A stretch of DNA of 64,000 nucleotides from Candidatus Latescibacterota bacterium (lineage in GTDB: Bacteria; Latescibacterota; UBA2968), in NCBI GenBank assembly GCA_965262145.1, contig OZ253501.1:3427435-3491434 (forward strand), written 5' to 3'. The notes under the pieces are model-generated. The model worked only from the letters and a program-made list of their open reading frames with translations, searched no databases and had not been told where the DNA came from. Every line of letters starts with the position of its first letter. Position 1 is the first letter of the stretch. Of the stretch, positions 1 through 10,581 are shown piece by piece. The position numbers and the translations under genes are program-made.

Positions 1-1802
1 CCGGGTTTACCAACGGTATTCATAACCTCGCGGAGAAGCTCCTGGTCGGTGATCTTCTCAGCCTGTTGACGGTCACCAGTACGCTCAATAATTTCCCGGC
101 GAAAACGTTCAATCTCCTCAGCAGCCATCTTGCGGAAGTTATTGTCCAGCGCATCACCGGATTCCAGCTCTTCGCTGTTGATCAACAAGGTGCGAGGCCG
201 CGGGTACGGCTCGCCGTACTCGTCAAAGTTGCGAAACAACTCAAAACGACTATTTACAAGCGTTGTTGAACCATCGTCGTTTTCACGGTGAAAGCCGGAG
301 ATATAGTCGTAAACCAGCTTGGAAGTCGTGATATTGTTACACACCACAATAAAGCATGGAGGCACGACAATGCCAGCCTCCTTCATGAGATTGAAGGTCT
401 TTTCATAATGCCCGTACAGAGCCTCTATCGCAGTTTGTAGATCCGTCGGCAAGTTCAGAGGATCGAGCTGTCCAGTCTTGCCCCGTCCTCTCTTCGGCAT
501 GCGGGTGCGGATGTGTTCCCAGAGATTGCGGAACTTCGGCATATCGCCACCGGGGATATTGTCCGCCACCGGTACCCGGGGCAGTTTGACAATGCCGCAT
601 TCGATGGAGTCCATCAGCGAGAAGTCGCACATCGTCCAGGGAAACAATGTTCCTTCGCGATAACCCGACCCGCGCAAAAAGAAGGGGGTTGCGGAAAGAT
701 CCATTACCCGGTTAATACCAAGCTTTTTACCCACCGTTTCAAGCCCGGAAATCCACAGCCGTGCGGCTTCTGTATTCTTTTTAGCTTCTTGTCTATCATC
801 GCCCGTAAGCCTGCCTTCTTCCTACTCACCCGGCTTCTCCCGATAGCAGTGGTGCGCCTCATCGTTGAGAACCATGACATTCTTCATGCCCATGAGTTCG
901 GGCATCACTCGTTGCAACATTTGTCCATCGGTCTCCAAGGTCGTAAGCGCATCGCCTCGTCCCTGAAGCAAGGAACGCCCACCTCTGGATAATTCCATGC
1001 GTTCGCGCAACTTGAAGGCGTGGTAGTTGGTGATAATAATCTTTGCCTTTTCCAGATCGGGCAGCATGTCACTCGGCACCAACTCGCGGCTCTGATAATA
1101 GCTATCCGGGTCATTCGACTGCAACACGCGCAAGCGGTCTTTAATGGTAATACCGGGCGTAACCACCAGGAAACCCCGCGTGAACCTGCTGCTCTGGGGT
1201 CGGCGAACCGCGTTGATGGTCTGCCACGCGATCAACATCGCCATAACGGTGGTCTTTCCCGCGCCTGTCGCCAACTTGAGCGCCAACCGCGACAACTCTG
1301 GATTGGCGTCATTATTCGCGTTTTCCAGATGGTCGAGAAATCCTCTACCCACTTGCCCTATGTTCGGCGCAACCTCAGTGAGCCATATTGCGGTTTCTAC
1401 TGCTTCCACCTGGCAGAAAAAGGGGCGAATACTACTGAATTGGTGGTGCCGCCAGTGCCGAAGCAAGCGGGCAGTCTCCGGGGTCACATGCCATTGGTTC
1501 GGGTTCGGTATCTCGCGCCACCGGTCAATCTGTCGGCGAACACCATTGATAGTCTGCATCAATTCGTATTGCTGATTATCGGTCTCAAGATCCCTCGCGG
1601 CCTTGTCGAACACAAGAGAGGCTTGATTCGCAGATGATCCCCTTTGCTTCTTCGACGTCGGGACCGCCGTAATGAATGAGACCTGTCTTCGGCTTTCGAT
1701 GATTTTTTGGGTTGGCTGTCCTGCCCCATCCAGTTCCCAATGTCGCTCCGGACGCTCATAAGGCGCGTTGAGAACAGGCTTTTCGAAAAATGCATTATTC
1801 AA
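1..1802 (-). pseudogene. Type III restriction res-subunit-like DEAH helicase / restriction endonuclease, interrupted by an in-frame TAG at 822-824; C-terminal part runs off the window
   Basis: ORF 822-1802 has Walker A LATGAGKTT and motif II LNDEAHHCY. The same frame stays open from 821 to 1 and continues with helicase text (MDLSATPFFLRGSGY, IVKLPRVPV). Confidence 0.75.
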
Positions 1803-1843
1803 AACGATGTACCTCGTAAAAAATACTCATGACATACAGAACC

Positions 1844-3607
1844 TCATCTCTGTTCATTGGTCCTCCGTCTTTGGCCCGGGGACTCGTATTCCAGCAGTGC
1901 CGACCTTCCGATCATCTCAACAAACCGCACGACCCATTCAAAACCGTTGGCATCGGTAAGCCGCAAGGGCTGATTCAGTTTGAAATAAACGGGTTGCTGC
2001 TTGCCTTCATCAATAGCGACGTTAATCGCGTAAAGATACATGCGGTCTAGATCGTCGAGGATCGGATTTAGTCGCCCGGTCAAATCGGGCAAATGACCTA
2101 TTCCTTCCGTGAAAATCTCTGATCCTCCCATCGGCAGTGTCTCAAGCTGCACATGGAGTGATTCTGGCGGGTGCCAATCCCGCTCCACATGGGCTGCGTA
2201 CCCCGGTGCCGCGCAGAAAACGGTGATGGGAAGTTCCGAGTAAAACCCGAAACCGACCCGCCCAAACGTATCGGTCTCCCCCTCCATCCATGTCTTGTTG
2301 GGATACAGCGCAACGACCTTTGCACCCGCGAGTGGCTGACCAGAGGCAGATACCGACACTTCACCTTCGATACCAGTTACCGGCGGACGGGCAAAGGGTA
2401 TTGTCAGCCGCAGTTCCGCGCCGTCGAGCAGTTCGTAGTCCGGATCGCGTCCTGTCAGATCCAGCGTCTGCTCATAGATGATCGGCACACCTTCACCGCG
2501 TTGCTCCAGAAAGTACTGCCGGTCGCCAGCACCGGCGATATCCCCTACCGCGAGCATACGCAAGATGGACGCAAGCGTTTCGTTGCGGGTGGCTTGTCGA
2601 TTGCGCATAGCGTCAATGGGCAGCGTGTTGGGCAGGGCACCCGGCGAGTACAACTCAAGGCGATCATCAAAGATAAAGAGCCGTATCTTCGCATTCTCCA
2701 TCGAATAGTCGCGGTGGACCACGGCGTTGACAACGGCCTCGAACACCGCCCGCGGACTGAATTGCGGGACCTCCACCCGTCCGGGGTCCTTGCGCGCCGC
2801 CACCCGCGTGTTGAGCCTGGCGAAATTGACGGCGTCGCGGATCTGCCGATCCAATGGACCAGTGATTGACGCCGCGTCGTGCTGGCTCGCACGACCGAGT
2901 ACCGTGCCGCGATAGCGAACGGCTTCGATCATCGCACCGCTTCTGTGCTCATCCGGACGCGCCGTGCAAAGCAACACCCCGGCAACCGTTGCGCGGGTCA
3001 CACCGTTGTCATCCTCCCGCACCAGCCCCAGCTTTGCGAGTTGGGCCGCGGTGGAATCAGTGGCACGCGAACTTAAGAAACGGTCCACAAGCGTCGCATC
3101 GAGCGTATTGGCCCCTGTCCCAGCGACAATCGCTTCGTCAGGGCCAAGAAGGCCAGAACGCCCCCGCTGTTGAAACAGGCGGTGCAATGCTTCCGACGAT
3201 AACTCCCGCCTGGCACTACCCTGTCGGGAAAGATATCCCCCGGGGCTCTTGTGCACCAACGCACTCTGTTCGACTTCGACGACCAACGCGAACGAACCGT
3301 CTGGCAAGGCCAGCCGTTGGGTGACGAACGCCAACGGGGGACGGATGCTGTCCGAACAAATTTCACCGACAAAGGCTTCCAAAGCATCCATTTGTTTTCG
3401 GTTCATCGACCGCACCTCACCAGCGTCTGACACACTGAAGATCAATGTGCCGCCGATGGTATTGCCAAAAGCAGCCAATTCATCGGCGACCGTCTCCCGA
3501 CGAGGCGCGTGGATGCGATTGCCGGTGAACACGACTTCCTTGAACTCGACGCGGCTGTCCTCTCCAAGTTCGAGTTGCTGTAACAATCTATCGCTATCCC
3601 AGGGCAT
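1844..3607 (-). CDS. AlbA_2 (Schlafen-like) plus HATPase_c_4-like putative DNA-binding protein with a long C-terminal extension
   Basis: N-terminal ELGEDSRVEFKEVVF motif and central VVNAVVHRDYS motif. Start moved to the ATG at 3607, preceded by GGGGAGAGG. Lies 41 nt upstream of the helicase on the same strand. Confidence 0.65.
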   Translation of the reverse strand: MPWDSDRLLQQLELGEDSRVEFKEVVFTGNRIHAPRRETVADELAAFGNTIGGTLIFSVSDAGEVRSMNRKQMDALEAFVGEICSDSIRPPLAFVTQRLALPDGSFALVVEVEQSALVHKSPGGYLSRQGSARRELSSEALHRLFQQRGRSGLLGPDEAIVAGTGANTLDATLVDRFLSSRATDSTAAQLAKLGLVREDDNGVTRATVAGVLLCTARPDEHRSGAMIEAVRYRGTVLGRASQHDAASITGPLDRQIRDAVNFARLNTRVAARKDPGRVEVPQFSPRAVFEAVVNAVVHRDYSMENAKIRLFIFDDRLELYSPGALPNTLPIDAMRNRQATRNETLASILRMLAVGDIAGAGDRQYFLEQRGEGVPIIYEQTLDLTGRDPDYELLDGAELRLTIPFARPPVTGIEGEVSVSASGQPLAGAKVVALYPNKTWMEGETDTFGRVGFGFYSELPITVFCAAPGYAAHVERDWHPPESLHVQLETLPMGGSEIFTEGIGHLPDLTGRLNPILDDLDRMYLYAINVAIDEGKQQPVYFKLNQPLRLTDANGFEWVVRFVEMIGRSALLEYESPGQRRRTNEQR

Positions 3608-3705
3608 GACCTCTCCCCTTTTGCAAATTTCGGCACGCCAGACCATCAACGCATTGCCGCTTCCACTTTGGCCTCAAAGTCCGACTGCACCTCACTGCCA
3701 TCCCC

Positions 3706-4545
3706 TCACCCACCCGGCACAAATTGCCGCAGATAATTCACAGCTTTGGGAACCGCTGTCTCTTCAGCCTCTTCATCCTGTCCTTCATACACGATCGATA
3801 TCCACCCATTGTAATTCACGCCATTTAAAATCTCAAAAATGCGCGGATAATTCAGCCAGACCTCTTCTCCTGTACTGATGCGATAGACCTTTGCGCGAAC
3901 ATGCACGGCAAGGGGGGCTGTTTCTGCAATACTCCCATAGAAATTCAATGCAGGGTCTTCAGTGCCGCGCTGACCACTCGAACCCGGCGATCCGACGTAT
4001 TGTCCCGTATCGAGAATATGGGACAAATAGGGATTATCGACCATCTCGAGAATCCGACGCACGTCTTTACCCGTGCGCGTAACACACCCGTGATTGTGAT
4101 TGTGTAAGCCCAGAACAATGCCCTTTTGTTGTCCATACTCCGCGACCTCCTGCATACAGGGAATCATGCGCGCCCACACCTGTTCTTCAGGCTCATCATT
4201 GCGATTCCACGCCGCAAAAATCCGCACGAGTGGAACACCCATAAATTCTGCAACATCGACCCAGTGCTTGACATCGACCACCACCCCGGACACCTCTTCT
4301 TGGGGCCTGCCAAAATCATTGCTCACGCCAATATACGAAATCGCCAGACCGCGCCTGAGACAGCGCATGCGAATATCCCGCAAATAAGCTGGCTCTTCAG
4401 ATTCCAATGCTCGCGTATGAATATCAATCCCATCCAGACGCAAATCATAAGCTTTGTCGATAAAACCCGCCAAATCAATCTTGCCATCGCGGAACTGATC
4501 TTTGTAACTCAGAGACATACATCCCAATTTCATCATGGCTAACAT
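3706..4545 (-). CDS. sugar phosphate isomerase/epimerase (xylose isomerase-like TIM barrel)
   Basis: 279-aa ORF with the family-typical layout (DGIDIH, GLHNHNHG metal-site-like text). Confidence 0.7.
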   Translation of the reverse strand: MLAMMKLGCMSLSYKDQFRDGKIDLAGFIDKAYDLRLDGIDIHTRALESEEPAYLRDIRMRCLRRGLAISYIGVSNDFGRPQEEVSGVVVDVKHWVDVAEFMGVPLVRIFAAWNRNDEPEEQVWARMIPCMQEVAEYGQQKGIVLGLHNHNHGCVTRTGKDVRRILEMVDNPYLSHILDTGQYVGSPGSSGQRGTEDPALNFYGSIAETAPLAVHVRAKVYRISTGEEVWLNYPRIFEILNGVNYNGWISIVYEGQDEEAEETAVPKAVNYLRQFVPGG

Positions 4546-4562
4546 CCTTTCTTAAAAACGGG

Positions 4563-4592
4563 CGGGTTCGAAACCCGCCCCTACATTTTTAT
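4563..4592 (-). terminator. rho-independent terminator after the aminotransferase gene
   Basis: Minus strand reads GGGCGGGTTTCGAACCCGCCC followed by GTTTTT. Confidence 0.6.
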
Positions 4593-4607
4593 CTGCGACC
4601 ATCTGCG

Positions 4608-5744
4608 TCATCTGCGGATTGCTTCATTCAGCGCATCGAGCAATCGCGCCACATCATCGCTACCATTGTACAAATGCGTAGAAACGCGCACCCGCCCAAA
4701 CTCGCCCCAGCAAAAAACATTGCGTTCTTCAAGGCGATAGACCATCTGGCGACCATCCTCACACGCAAAGCAGGTATTGCCCGACCGCGCTTCCCGATTA
4801 TTTGGCGAAATGACCTCATAGCCCAACTTCGCAAGACCCCGGGACACCTGTTCGGACAAATCGCGTGCGTGATTTTCAATCCTCTCGGGACCAATATCTA
4901 AAATCACACCCAGCGCGTGATCCAGGTGCATAATCACCTGCATAGCTGGATTCCCGGGCTCGAGCTTTTCCGGCATGGGTTGCTCGGCGACCTCGAGATC
5001 GCGCTCGGCGGTTTGCTCGGGCCACACTTTGAGATTGTGCCAGCCAAAACACGTCGATGCGACCTGCTCTTCCGCGCGTTCGCTCAGATAACAAGGAGCC
5101 GTACCATGCGTTGCCAAAAGCCATTTGTAACTGCTGCTTACCGTGAGATCAGTCAAATGCGCTGGCACGCGCAAAACACCCGAAGAATGCGTGGCATCAA
5201 CGGCGAATAACGCACCTTTTTTTTGCGCACCTTCAGAGAGTTGCGCCAAATTCAAACACTGTCCTGTGTAAAATCCCACATGGCTAACTGCGAGAACGCG
5301 CGTGCGAGAATCAACAGCGGCGAGGAGATCCTCTTCGCGCACCCGCCACTGCCTATGCGGCACCAGTCGGACTTCAACGCCTCTGGATCGCAGGTGCTTC
5401 CACGCATACGCCACAGAGGGAAACTCGAGATTATTGGTCACAATATTATCGCCGCGCTGCCAGTCCAACCCCCGCGAAAACCAGCCCATGCCCTCGGCAG
5501 CAGAAGGCATAAACGCGATGCGATTGGCCGGCACATCCCAGAGTTGCCCCATGCGCTTGCGACAGCGTTCTCCGCGGTCGTAAATTTTATCGCGGCCCTT
5601 GTGCGACCCACCCTTGAATTTAGCAAATTCGGCATATACCCCGGCCTGACTTTTGAGCCATGGGGATTCGCCCCCCGTACACAGGTGGGTCATGCCTTCA
5701 ATACCTTCAAAAGCCTCGGGTGAAAGAAGAGGTGCAATTGTCAA
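4608..5744 (-). CDS. class V aminotransferase-fold PLP-dependent enzyme
   Basis: 378-aa ORF; the SSYKWL stretch resembles the PLP-lysine region of cysteine desulfurase-like enzymes. Confidence 0.7.
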   Translation of the reverse strand: MTIAPLLSPEAFEGIEGMTHLCTGGESPWLKSQAGVYAEFAKFKGGSHKGRDKIYDRGERCRKRMGQLWDVPANRIAFMPSAAEGMGWFSRGLDWQRGDNIVTNNLEFPSVAYAWKHLRSRGVEVRLVPHRQWRVREEDLLAAVDSRTRVLAVSHVGFYTGQCLNLAQLSEGAQKKGALFAVDATHSSGVLRVPAHLTDLTVSSSYKWLLATHGTAPCYLSERAEEQVASTCFGWHNLKVWPEQTAERDLEVAEQPMPEKLEPGNPAMQVIMHLDHALGVILDIGPERIENHARDLSEQVSRGLAKLGYEVISPNNREARSGNTCFACEDGRQMVYRLEERNVFCWGEFGRVRVSTHLYNGSDDVARLLDALNEAIRR

Positions 5745-5765
5745 AAGAACTCCTTTCTATATTCT

Positions 5766-5826
5766 CGCCCCGCTACCCAACGGGCGGGCACAGGGGCCTG
5801 CCCCGTAATGCTTTTATACGGGGGCA
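5766..5826 (-). repeat. GTAGGGGCGG-type intergenic repeat (copy 1)
   Basis: The reverse complement GTAGGGGCGGTGCCCCCGTATAAAAGCATTACGGGGCAGGCCCCTGTGCCC aligns by eye with 12272-12330. A short relative forms the 4570-4590 hairpin. Confidence 0.55.
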
Positions 5827-5974
5827 CCGCCCCTACGTTGTATAGATGAACTGCTATCGTTGATCTGTAGATTCAAAACAGATCACTGCCCAATATAGCC
5901 CGTATCTCCCATTCATCCACCAAATAAAATAAGGGTCGTGAAGTCACGACCCTTGAATAATACACTTAATTTAA

Positions 5975-6049
5975 TGGCGACCCCGAGGGGAATCGAACCC
6001 CCGTTGCCGGGATGAAAACCCGGTGTCCTAACCACTGAACGACGGGGTC
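5975..6049 (-). tRNA. tRNA-Glu (anticodon UUC), CCA encoded
   Basis: Cloverleaf folded by hand: acceptor GACCCCG/CGGGGTC, D stem GTTC/GGAC, anticodon arm CCGGG-TTTTCAT-CCCGG, T arm GGGGG-TTCGATT-CCCCT. Confidence 0.9.
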
Positions 6050-6125
6050 GCCTCATAGAGAGGAAAATATATACAAAACCCAAAAATGAAGCAAGACAGA
6101 ATATAAAAAAATAAATCCTCGCGTC

Positions 6126-6154
6126 TTGACAAAATCGCACTCCGGATATACACT
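6126..6154 (+). promoter_or_regulatory. candidate sigma70 promoter for the dehydrogenase gene
   Basis: TTGACA (6126-6131), 17-nt spacer, TACACT (6149-6154). Confidence 0.3.
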
Positions 6155-6192
6155 ATATTTTTTACAAAAACAACTGATAGAAAGGACGCACT

Positions 6193-7155
6193 GTGGCAAA
6201 ATTCAATATCCTGCTCTTTGAACCCGTACATCTCTGTGGACAAGATCACCTTCTCAAAAACGACTGCGATGTCCTCTGGGCAAAAGGATTTGAACCCGAT
6301 CAAATCATCGCCTCAGTCCAAGACGCCGACGGCATTCTCGCACGCGCCCGGGGCATCATCGACGGTCCTGTAATGGATCGCGCACCGCGCCTCAAAGTCA
6401 TAGGTCGCCACGGCATTGGCGTCGATAATATCGACGTTGACGCCGCCACCGAGCGCGGTATCCACGTCGTCAACACACCCGGCGCACCTGTTGAAGCTGT
6501 CGCCGAATATATCGCCATGTCCTTCATAGCCCTGCCGCGAAAAATTGGTCAGGCCGATACCGCGACCCGCTCTGGCGACTGGGCATTCCGAGACCGCGTA
6601 CACGCCCCCGAAATACTCGGCAAAACCCTGGGCATTATCGGTTTTGGTCGCATTGGCCGTCGCCTTGCAGAAATTTGCTCCCTCGGCTTCAGAATGAACG
6701 TCATCTACGCCGATGAATTTCCCGCGTCAGCAGAAGAAGAAAACCGCCTGAATGTGCGCCGCGTGGAATTGGACGACCTTCTATCTACCTCAGACTATAT
6801 CAGCCTCAACGTCCCCCTCCTCGACAGCACGCATCACCTCATCAATGCCGACACACTCGCCCGCATGCAACCCCACGCCATCATCGCCAATTGCAGCCGC
6901 GGACCAGTCATCGACGAACAAGCACTTGTAACCGCACTCAAAAACAAACAGATTGGCGGCGCAATCATCGACGTTTTTGAACAAGAACCCGCAACGCCAG
7001 ACAATCCCCTATGCGAACTCGACAATGTGCTCTTATCGCCCCATTATTCGGGCCACTCGGCCGAATCAATACAAAAAATGGCAATGGTCGCAGCGGATAT
7101 CGTGCGCGTTCTCAACGGACAAAAACCCGAATTTCCCGTCAATGGACCGTTCTAA
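6193..7155 (+). CDS. D-isomer-specific 2-hydroxyacid (phosphoglycerate-like) dehydrogenase
   Basis: NAD-binding GIIGFGRIGRRLA; 320-aa ORF with a non-ATG start. Confidence 0.8.
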   Translation: MAKFNILLFEPVHLCGQDHLLKNDCDVLWAKGFEPDQIIASVQDADGILARARGIIDGPVMDRAPRLKVIGRHGIGVDNIDVDAATERGIHVVNTPGAPVEAVAEYIAMSFIALPRKIGQADTATRSGDWAFRDRVHAPEILGKTLGIIGFGRIGRRLAEICSLGFRMNVIYADEFPASAEEENRLNVRRVELDDLLSTSDYISLNVPLLDSTHHLINADTLARMQPHAIIANCSRGPVIDEQALVTALKNKQIGGAIIDVFEQEPATPDNPLCELDNVLLSPHYSGHSAESIQKMAMVAADIVRVLNGQKPEFPVNGPF

Positions 7156-7166
7156 AGGATTTAATC

Positions 7167-7982
7167 ATGCGATATATCATGCTCGGTAGCGGTGCAGTGC
7201 GAGACAACCCGAATCGCGGTGGACCCTCGCAATTATTGCAAATCGGCAATGAAAACTGGATGTTTGACTGCGGTCGGTCCGCGTGTACAAATCTGGCGCG
7301 CGCAGGTGTAAATTGCGAAAACGTAGATCGGCTATTCTTGACCCACTTGCACTTCGATCACATCGTCGATGTCCCCTATCTCGTATTTGTGGGCTGGGTA
7401 AAGGTACGCAAAAAGCCCTTGCAAATTTATGGACCCGTCGGAACAAAACACTTTGTATCGCATGTGATTCGCCCGCCCTTTGAGCAGGATATTCAAAGCC
7501 GAATTGGGCATGGAAAAGACGACAGTGTACTCGATCCAGAAGTTATCGAGATCGGAGGAAAAGGCGAATTTCTATCCACGGACGACTTTCGATTATCCGC
7601 AACATTCACGGATCACGGCGGTATCCCCACACTCGCCTACCGCGTCGATACAAAAGATCACCGCGTCGTAATTACAGGCGACGGAAATCCCGATGCGGAA
7701 TTTCCAGTATTTTGTCAAAATGCCGATCTGTTGTCCATAGAATGTTCGGGCACGGCTGAATTTTTGGCGACCCAACCCTGGGGATCGTGGCATATTACAC
7801 CGCCAGAAATCGCAGAAATCGCAACCGCGGCCAATGTAAAACGCGTAATGATCAAACATCTGGTAATCGAAGATATCACGGGAGATTTAGAAGCTGTACA
7901 TCGCATGGGCGACCAGATTCGCCAAAAATATAGCGGCGAAGTCATGGTGGGCGAAGATGGGTTAGTGGTCGAGATTGGATAA
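7167..7982 (+). CDS. MBL-fold metallo-hydrolase (RNase Z-like)
   Basis: HLHFDH motif. Start set at the ATG at 7167 (MRYIMLGSG) rather than the long upstream ORF. Confidence 0.75.
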   Translation: MRYIMLGSGAVRDNPNRGGPSQLLQIGNENWMFDCGRSACTNLARAGVNCENVDRLFLTHLHFDHIVDVPYLVFVGWVKVRKKPLQIYGPVGTKHFVSHVIRPPFEQDIQSRIGHGKDDSVLDPEVIEIGGKGEFLSTDDFRLSATFTDHGGIPTLAYRVDTKDHRVVITGDGNPDAEFPVFCQNADLLSIECSGTAEFLATQPWGSWHITPPEIAEIATAANVKRVMIKHLVIEDITGDLEAVHRMGDQIRQKYSGEVMVGEDGLVVEIG

Positions 7983-8006
7983 ATTTATGGATTTAGGAGG
8001 ACTCAA

Positions 8007-8687
8007 ATGATTCTTACAGGGCACCGGGGAGCAGCAGAATTAGAACCTGAAAATACGCGACTATCCATTCAAAAAGCGATAGATCTCGGCGTCGATCAGG
8101 TCGAGATTGACGTGCATCTCACGCGCGATCAGCACCTCGTCGTCATTCACGATGCCACCGTAGACCGAACGACCAATGGACAGGGTGCAGTCGCCGACTT
8201 TACGTTAGAGGAAGTTAAGCGGTTGGACGCCGGCAAAGGAGAGCGCATTCCGACACTACAGGAAGTGATAGATCTGGTGCGCGGGAAGGTGGTTCTTCAG
8301 ATTGAACTGAAAGGGCCCGACACCGCCGAGCCGGTCGTCCGGACGGTTGAGCAAAATAATATAGAAAACGAGGTACTTCTGACCTCGTTTGTCCATGAGC
8401 GGCTACGCGAAGCGCGCCAGCTTAATCCGAGCCTGGCGCTGGGTGCGTTGTGGTCGAATCCACCAGATGATGCGTGTGAACAGGCTATCGATATGGGAGC
8501 GGAAGCGATACACATCCAATATCAGAATATTGACGCCCAGCTCATTCAGAAAGCGCATGCACACGGCCTCATGATCCGCGCATGGAACCCCGACACGGTT
8601 GAGGAGATACAGCGTGTTATCGATCTGGGAGTTGACGCCGTCGGCTCGAATCGTCCAGATCTGTTAATCGCACTTGGGCGTGCATGA
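8007..8687 (+). CDS. glycerophosphodiester phosphodiesterase
   Basis: N-terminal HRGAAELEPENT and EIDVHLTRD motifs. Confidence 0.8.
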   Translation: MILTGHRGAAELEPENTRLSIQKAIDLGVDQVEIDVHLTRDQHLVVIHDATVDRTTNGQGAVADFTLEEVKRLDAGKGERIPTLQEVIDLVRGKVVLQIELKGPDTAEPVVRTVEQNNIENEVLLTSFVHERLREARQLNPSLALGALWSNPPDDACEQAIDMGAEAIHIQYQNIDAQLIQKAHAHGLMIRAWNPDTVEEIQRVIDLGVDAVGSNRPDLLIALGRA

Positions 8688-8828
8688 CGCCAGTTGCTCA
8701 ATTGCCGGATCGCCCATTGTGAAACTTTATGTGATGCCAAATCGTCCACAATATCAAACTGAATACAATATTTGGCTCTGATCCCCGTATTTGTTTATAT
8801 TTTCCAAGGATTTTCTTAAGGGGTAGAA

Positions 8829-10562
8829 ATGCGTTATTCTCAATTATTGACACAAACCCTGCGCGAGGTGCCCGCAGATGCAGAAGCCATCAGTCACCAG
8901 TTGGCCTTGCGCGCGGGTTTAATTCGTCCTCTGGCATCGGGAATTTTTAGTTTTTTGCCGCTGGGATTGCGCGTGAAGCGGAACATCGAACAAATTTTGC
9001 GCGAAGAAATGGAACGGATAGATTGCTTTGAAATTTCGATGCCCGTGGTACAACCCGCGGAGATCTGGCGCGAGAGTGGGCGGTGGAATGATGTGGGCCA
9101 GGAAATGATGCGCATGAAAGACCGCGCAGACCGCGACATGTGCTTGGCAATGACACACGAAGAAGCCGTAACCGATTTGGCGCGTCACATGGTACAGAGT
9201 TACCGACAATTGCCATTGAGCGCGTTTCAGCTTCAGACCAAATTCCGCGACGAACCGCGCAGCCGCGGCGGATTGATTCGCGTACGCGAATTTACGATGA
9301 AAGACGGGTATAGCTTTCACATCGACCAGGCGAGTTTAGATGCATATTATCCGCGCATGTACGAGGCATATCGACGGATATTTGAGCGCGCGGGATTGGG
9401 CGACCACGTCATCGTAGTAGAAAGCGACCCGGGAATGATGGGCGGAACTGAAGCGCATGAATTTATGTACTTAAACCCGGGTGGTGAAGACACTTTGCTC
9501 TTATGTGATACATGCGGTTATCACGCCAATCGACAGGTAGCGATATATAAGCGGGAAGCCATTGAAGCGGAAAATGAAAAACCCCTGCAAAAAGTGGCGA
9601 CTCCCAATTGCAAAACCATCGAAGAAGTGGCGTCATTTCTAAATGTGCCGCAGAGCAAAACAGCCAAAGCCGTGTTTTTTATCGGCACAATAAATGGCGA
9701 AGAGAAATTTATTTTTGCCGTATTGCGCGGCGATCACGAGTTAAACGAAACCAAACTGGCCAATGTGTTGAAGGCACAGGCATTGCGTCCGGCAACAGAC
9801 GAGGAAATCACAGCAGTTGGCGCAGTGCCCGGATATGCGTCGCCAATGGCCGTAAAAAATGCTCTGGTAGTCGTCGATGAAGTTATCTCAAAAGGGACAA
9901 ATTTTGTATCGGGCGCGAATGAGGAAGGGTATCACTGCTTGAATGTCAATGTGGGACGCGATTTTGATCCCGACATCGTCACCGACCTCATCGCCGTAGA
10001 AAAAGGCATGCCCTGTCCAGAATGCGAAACCGCGCTCAACAGCACGCGCGGCATTGAAGTGGGCAATATCTTCAAGCTCGGCACAAAATACAGCGATAGC
10101 ATGGGCGCGAAGGTCCTGGACGAAAATGGCAAAATGCAGTCCCTCGTCATGGGATGTTACGGCATTGGTGTGGGCCGATTATTGGCGTGTATTATCGAAG
10201 CCCATCACGATGACCACGGCATTATCTGGCCGATATCGGTCGCGCCCTTTGAAGTGCATATCGTAGTCCTGACGGGTCGAAAACCCGCAGGAGAACTGGA
10301 AGCCGCCGAAAAATTGTCCGGACAACTAAAAGCCGCGGGACTGGATGTATTGCTCGACGACCGCGATGAACGTGCAGGCGTAAAGTTCAACGATGCAGAT
10401 TTAATCGGTATCCCAATACGATTGACCGTGGGATCGCGCGGCCTGGCCAACGGACAGGTGGAGATGAAACTGCGACATGAAAAAGATCGCTCAGATGTGC
10501 CTCTGGATCAGGTGATAGAACGTGTGTGGCGTGAAGTAAAAAAGCTGAAGACTAACAACTAA
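8829..10562 (+). CDS. proS: proline--tRNA ligase, bacterial type with editing insertion
   Basis: 577 aa with class II aaRS text (REVPADAE...[30 protein letters not shown]). Confidence 0.9.
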   Translation: MRYSQLLTQTLREVPADAEAISHQLALRAGLIRPLASGIFSFLPLGLRVKRNIEQILREEMERIDCFEISMPVVQPAEIWRESGRWNDVGQEMMRMKDRADRDMCLAMTHEEAVTDLARHMVQSYRQLPLSAFQLQTKFRDEPRSRGGLIRVREFTMKDGYSFHIDQASLDAYYPRMYEAYRRIFERAGLGDHVIVVESDPGMMGGTEAHEFMYLNPGGEDTLLLCDTCGYHANRQVAIYKREAIEAENEKPLQKVATPNCKTIEEVASFLNVPQSKTAKAVFFIGTINGEEKFIFAVLRGDHELNETKLANVLKAQALRPATDEEITAVGAVPGYASPMAVKNALVVVDEVISKGTNFVSGANEEGYHCLNVNVGRDFDPDIVTDLIAVEKGMPCPECETALNSTRGIEVGNIFKLGTKYSDSMGAKVLDENGKMQSLVMGCYGIGVGRLLACIIEAHHDDHGIIWPISVAPFEVHIVVLTGRKPAGELEAAEKLSGQLKAAGLDVLLDDRDERAGVKFNDADLIGIPIRLTVGSRGLANGQVEMKLRHEKDRSDVPLDQVIERVWREVKKLKTNN

Positions 10563-10581
10563 CAACCCAAAAAGGTTTAAA

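Noticed and set aside
822-824. TAG reassignment or pyrrolysine-type recoding in the helicase.
   Set aside because: TAG terminates other well-supported genes in the window, and nothing resembling recoding machinery is visible. A nonsense mutation or a sequencing error is the simpler explanation.
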